Shown here piece by piece: positions 63,713-64,000 of a stretch of DNA of 64,000 nucleotides. The notes beneath the pieces were generated by a model, which saw nothing but the letters and a program-made list of their open reading frames with translations, did not search any database and had not been told where the DNA came from. Position numbers and translations under genes: made by a program. Where the stretch lies: assembly GCA_963700285.1 (NCBI GenBank), contig CAVOXA010000009.1, positions 64,001 to 128,000 on the forward strand. Direction: 5' to 3'. This DNA comes from an uncultured Chloroflexia bacterium (lineage in GTDB: Bacteria > Chloroflexota > Anaerolineae > JAAYZQ01). How positions within the stretch are numbered: position 1 is the first letter of the stretch; each line of letters starts with the position of its first letter.

Positions 63713-64000
63713 CTAGTCAAGGTTTGATCGTGCCAATCTCCGCCGGACCAAGTCGCGTATGAGCTGGGCCTCGTGCACACCGAGCAAGTTGATCAGTACC
63801 AGGTAGGCAAGGAACCCGACTACTCCTACGACACCGACTGTGACCAGGCCGGCGACAATCCCACCGGTGGGTTCGAGCCCACTTGCGCCCACCAGCCGGG
63901 TTATGCCGGCCAGCGCAAGTGCCATAAAGCCCACCATCACGCCACTGGCTAGCAGAGATTTCACCAAGGTCCTGCCCAGGTGCTGGCCGGCCAGGCCCTT
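63713..64000 (-). CDS. C-terminus of a multi-TM protein, possibly MurJ flippase (partial)
   Basis: KSLLASGVM..two TM helices..LGVHEAQ..basic tail; runs off the window. Confidence 0.55.
   Translation of the reverse strand, partial: KGLAGQHLGRTLVKSLLASGVMVGFMALALAGITRLVGASGLEPTGGIVAGLVTVGVVGVVGFLAYLVLINLLGVHEAQLIRDLVRRRLARSNLD

Overview
64-kb chromosomal window from a high-GC bacterium. The gene content, LexA boxes of the GAAC-N4-GTTC type and the 16S gene suggest Chloroflexota, probably Anaerolineae (inferred, not searched). In order it holds: the end of a DEAD-box helicase, a GH99-like hydrolase, a pseudouridine synthase and hpt. A ~13.5-kb defence island follows (4.5-18.1 kb) with a PIN toxin, a Type I R-M locus (hsdM, fragmented hsdS, hsdR), an IS4 element and a truncated TM-NB-ARC gene. 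The R-M locus is interleaved with a deleted DUF4062/HTH gene, a DUF262 fragment, a REP-flanked GIY-YIG nuclease and a Fic gene, and carries highly ordered operator-like repeat arrays. Next is a neutral-lipid operon (epimerase-like protein, PlsC-type acyltransferase, SCP2, WS/DGAT) in which two enzymes share a near-identical C-x9-C-x10-C-x2-H module. Housekeeping genes queA, miaB and rmlC follow, then canonical lexA and a second SOS-box-controlled operon. That operon is headed by a LexA paralogue lacking the catalytic Ser and encodes a Cys-rich protein, a soluble FtsK motor, a 2-TM protein, a DUF6504-like protein and a small unknown protein; it is the best candidate for an undescribed system. 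The rest of the window holds holA, an amidase, an anti-sigma pair, AOR, a papain/chagasin pair, an ETF/acyl-CoA dehydrogenase and fab/carboxyltransferase cluster, and a complete minus-strand rrn operon (16S-tRNA-Ile-23S-5S) with four tandem sigma70 promoters. Frameshifts cluster at 4.5-17.3 kb and 51.6-54.8 kb and may be assembly errors.
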